A stretch of 64,000 nucleotides of DNA, from the NCBI GenBank assembly GCA_040752575.1, contig JBFMGK010000029.1:1-64000 (forward strand). The letters run 5' to 3'. Within the stretch, counting starts at the first letter, position 1, and every line of letters begins with the position of its first letter. Source of the stretch: Candidatus Bipolaricaulota bacterium (GTDB taxonomy: Bacteria; Bipolaricaulota; Bipolaricaulia; UBA7950; UBA9294). Of this stretch, positions 63,750 through 64,000 are shown piece after piece. The translations under genes and the position numbers were made by a program. The notes under the pieces were generated by a model. That model did no database searches. It was not told where the DNA came from and saw only the letters and a list, made by a program, of their open reading frames with translations.

Positions 63750-64000
63750 CTAGAACAGGTCCGTTTCAGCTTGCGCTGACTCTGGCGGCTGATCGACGCG
63801 GTACAAGCAGTCGGCGGGGCCGATGTCGCAGTAACGGCACTCAGTCCAGACGGGGTTCTTGGGCAGAGGCTTGTCGCCGCCGATACGTTGAACAAGGCTC
63901 GTGAACCGAGCGCGGAACCCTTCGTCGAGGTCGTTGACCGTGACGTCGAGCGCGCCGGTCCGATAGACGACGCGTCCGGACATTTCCACGCCGGCGCAGC
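63750..64000 (-). CDS. C-terminal end of probable PD-(D/E)XK / Cas4-like nuclease (5' part outside window)
   Basis: Terminal P...ECRYCDIGPADC cysteine cluster; catalytic motifs not visible. Confidence 0.5.
   Translation of the reverse strand, partial: CAGVEMSGRVVYRTGALDVTVNDLDEGFRARFTSLVQRIGGDKPLPKNPVWTECRYCDIGPADCLYRVDQPPESAQAETDLF

Noticed and set aside
1..64000. Many long overlapping or antisense ORFs (e.g. 70-1548, 9764-11467, 53628-55973, 57142-59079)
   Set aside because: Arg/Pro/Ala-rich shadow frames of real genes, expected at high GC; no family motifs
1..64000. CRISPR array, tRNA, rRNA, transposase or integrase
   Set aside because: No regularly spaced repeats, cloverleaf/T-loop or recombinase motifs seen by eye; a tRNAscan/CRISPR scan would be needed to be certain
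63750..64000. Calling the terminal ORF cas4
   Set aside because: Only the C-terminal cysteine cluster is visible and there are no cas genes or array in the window

Overview
High-GC bacterial chromosomal window from a probable anaerobe; gene content suggests a deep-branching diderm-like lineage such as Bipolaricaulota, but that is inference. The first 36 kb is mostly housekeeping: MoxR/DUF58 cluster, aspS, YhaM-like HD nuclease, rhomboid, M42 peptidase, deaminase-MoaD, miaB, DinG, rpiB, rho, murA, hflX, holB-ricT, a canonical tungsten AOR and an acyl-CoA synthetase. It also holds one ORF that fuses an LptF/G inner-membrane permease to an LptD-like outer-membrane protein through an internal signal-peptide-like segment. 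About 36-60.7 kb is a divergently transcribed carbohydrate-catabolic island with two paralogous GntR/HutC regulators. It encodes a sugar ABC transporter, isomerases, a kinase, reductases, five aldolase-fold proteins (four with non-canonical catalytic motifs, including a DeoC pair with complementary lysine losses), a divergent tungsten oxidoreductase, and a YbiW-like glycyl radical enzyme with an altered active site plus its activase. This island is the best candidate for an undescribed pathway. The last 3 kb is accessory: XRE regulator, a promoter-driven long hairpin (candidate ncRNA), an Fe-S gene split by an in-frame TAG, a UDG-family gene, a small membrane protein and a partial nuclease. 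I recognised no rRNA, tRNA, CRISPR array or transposase. All family calls come from motifs read by eye, not database searches.
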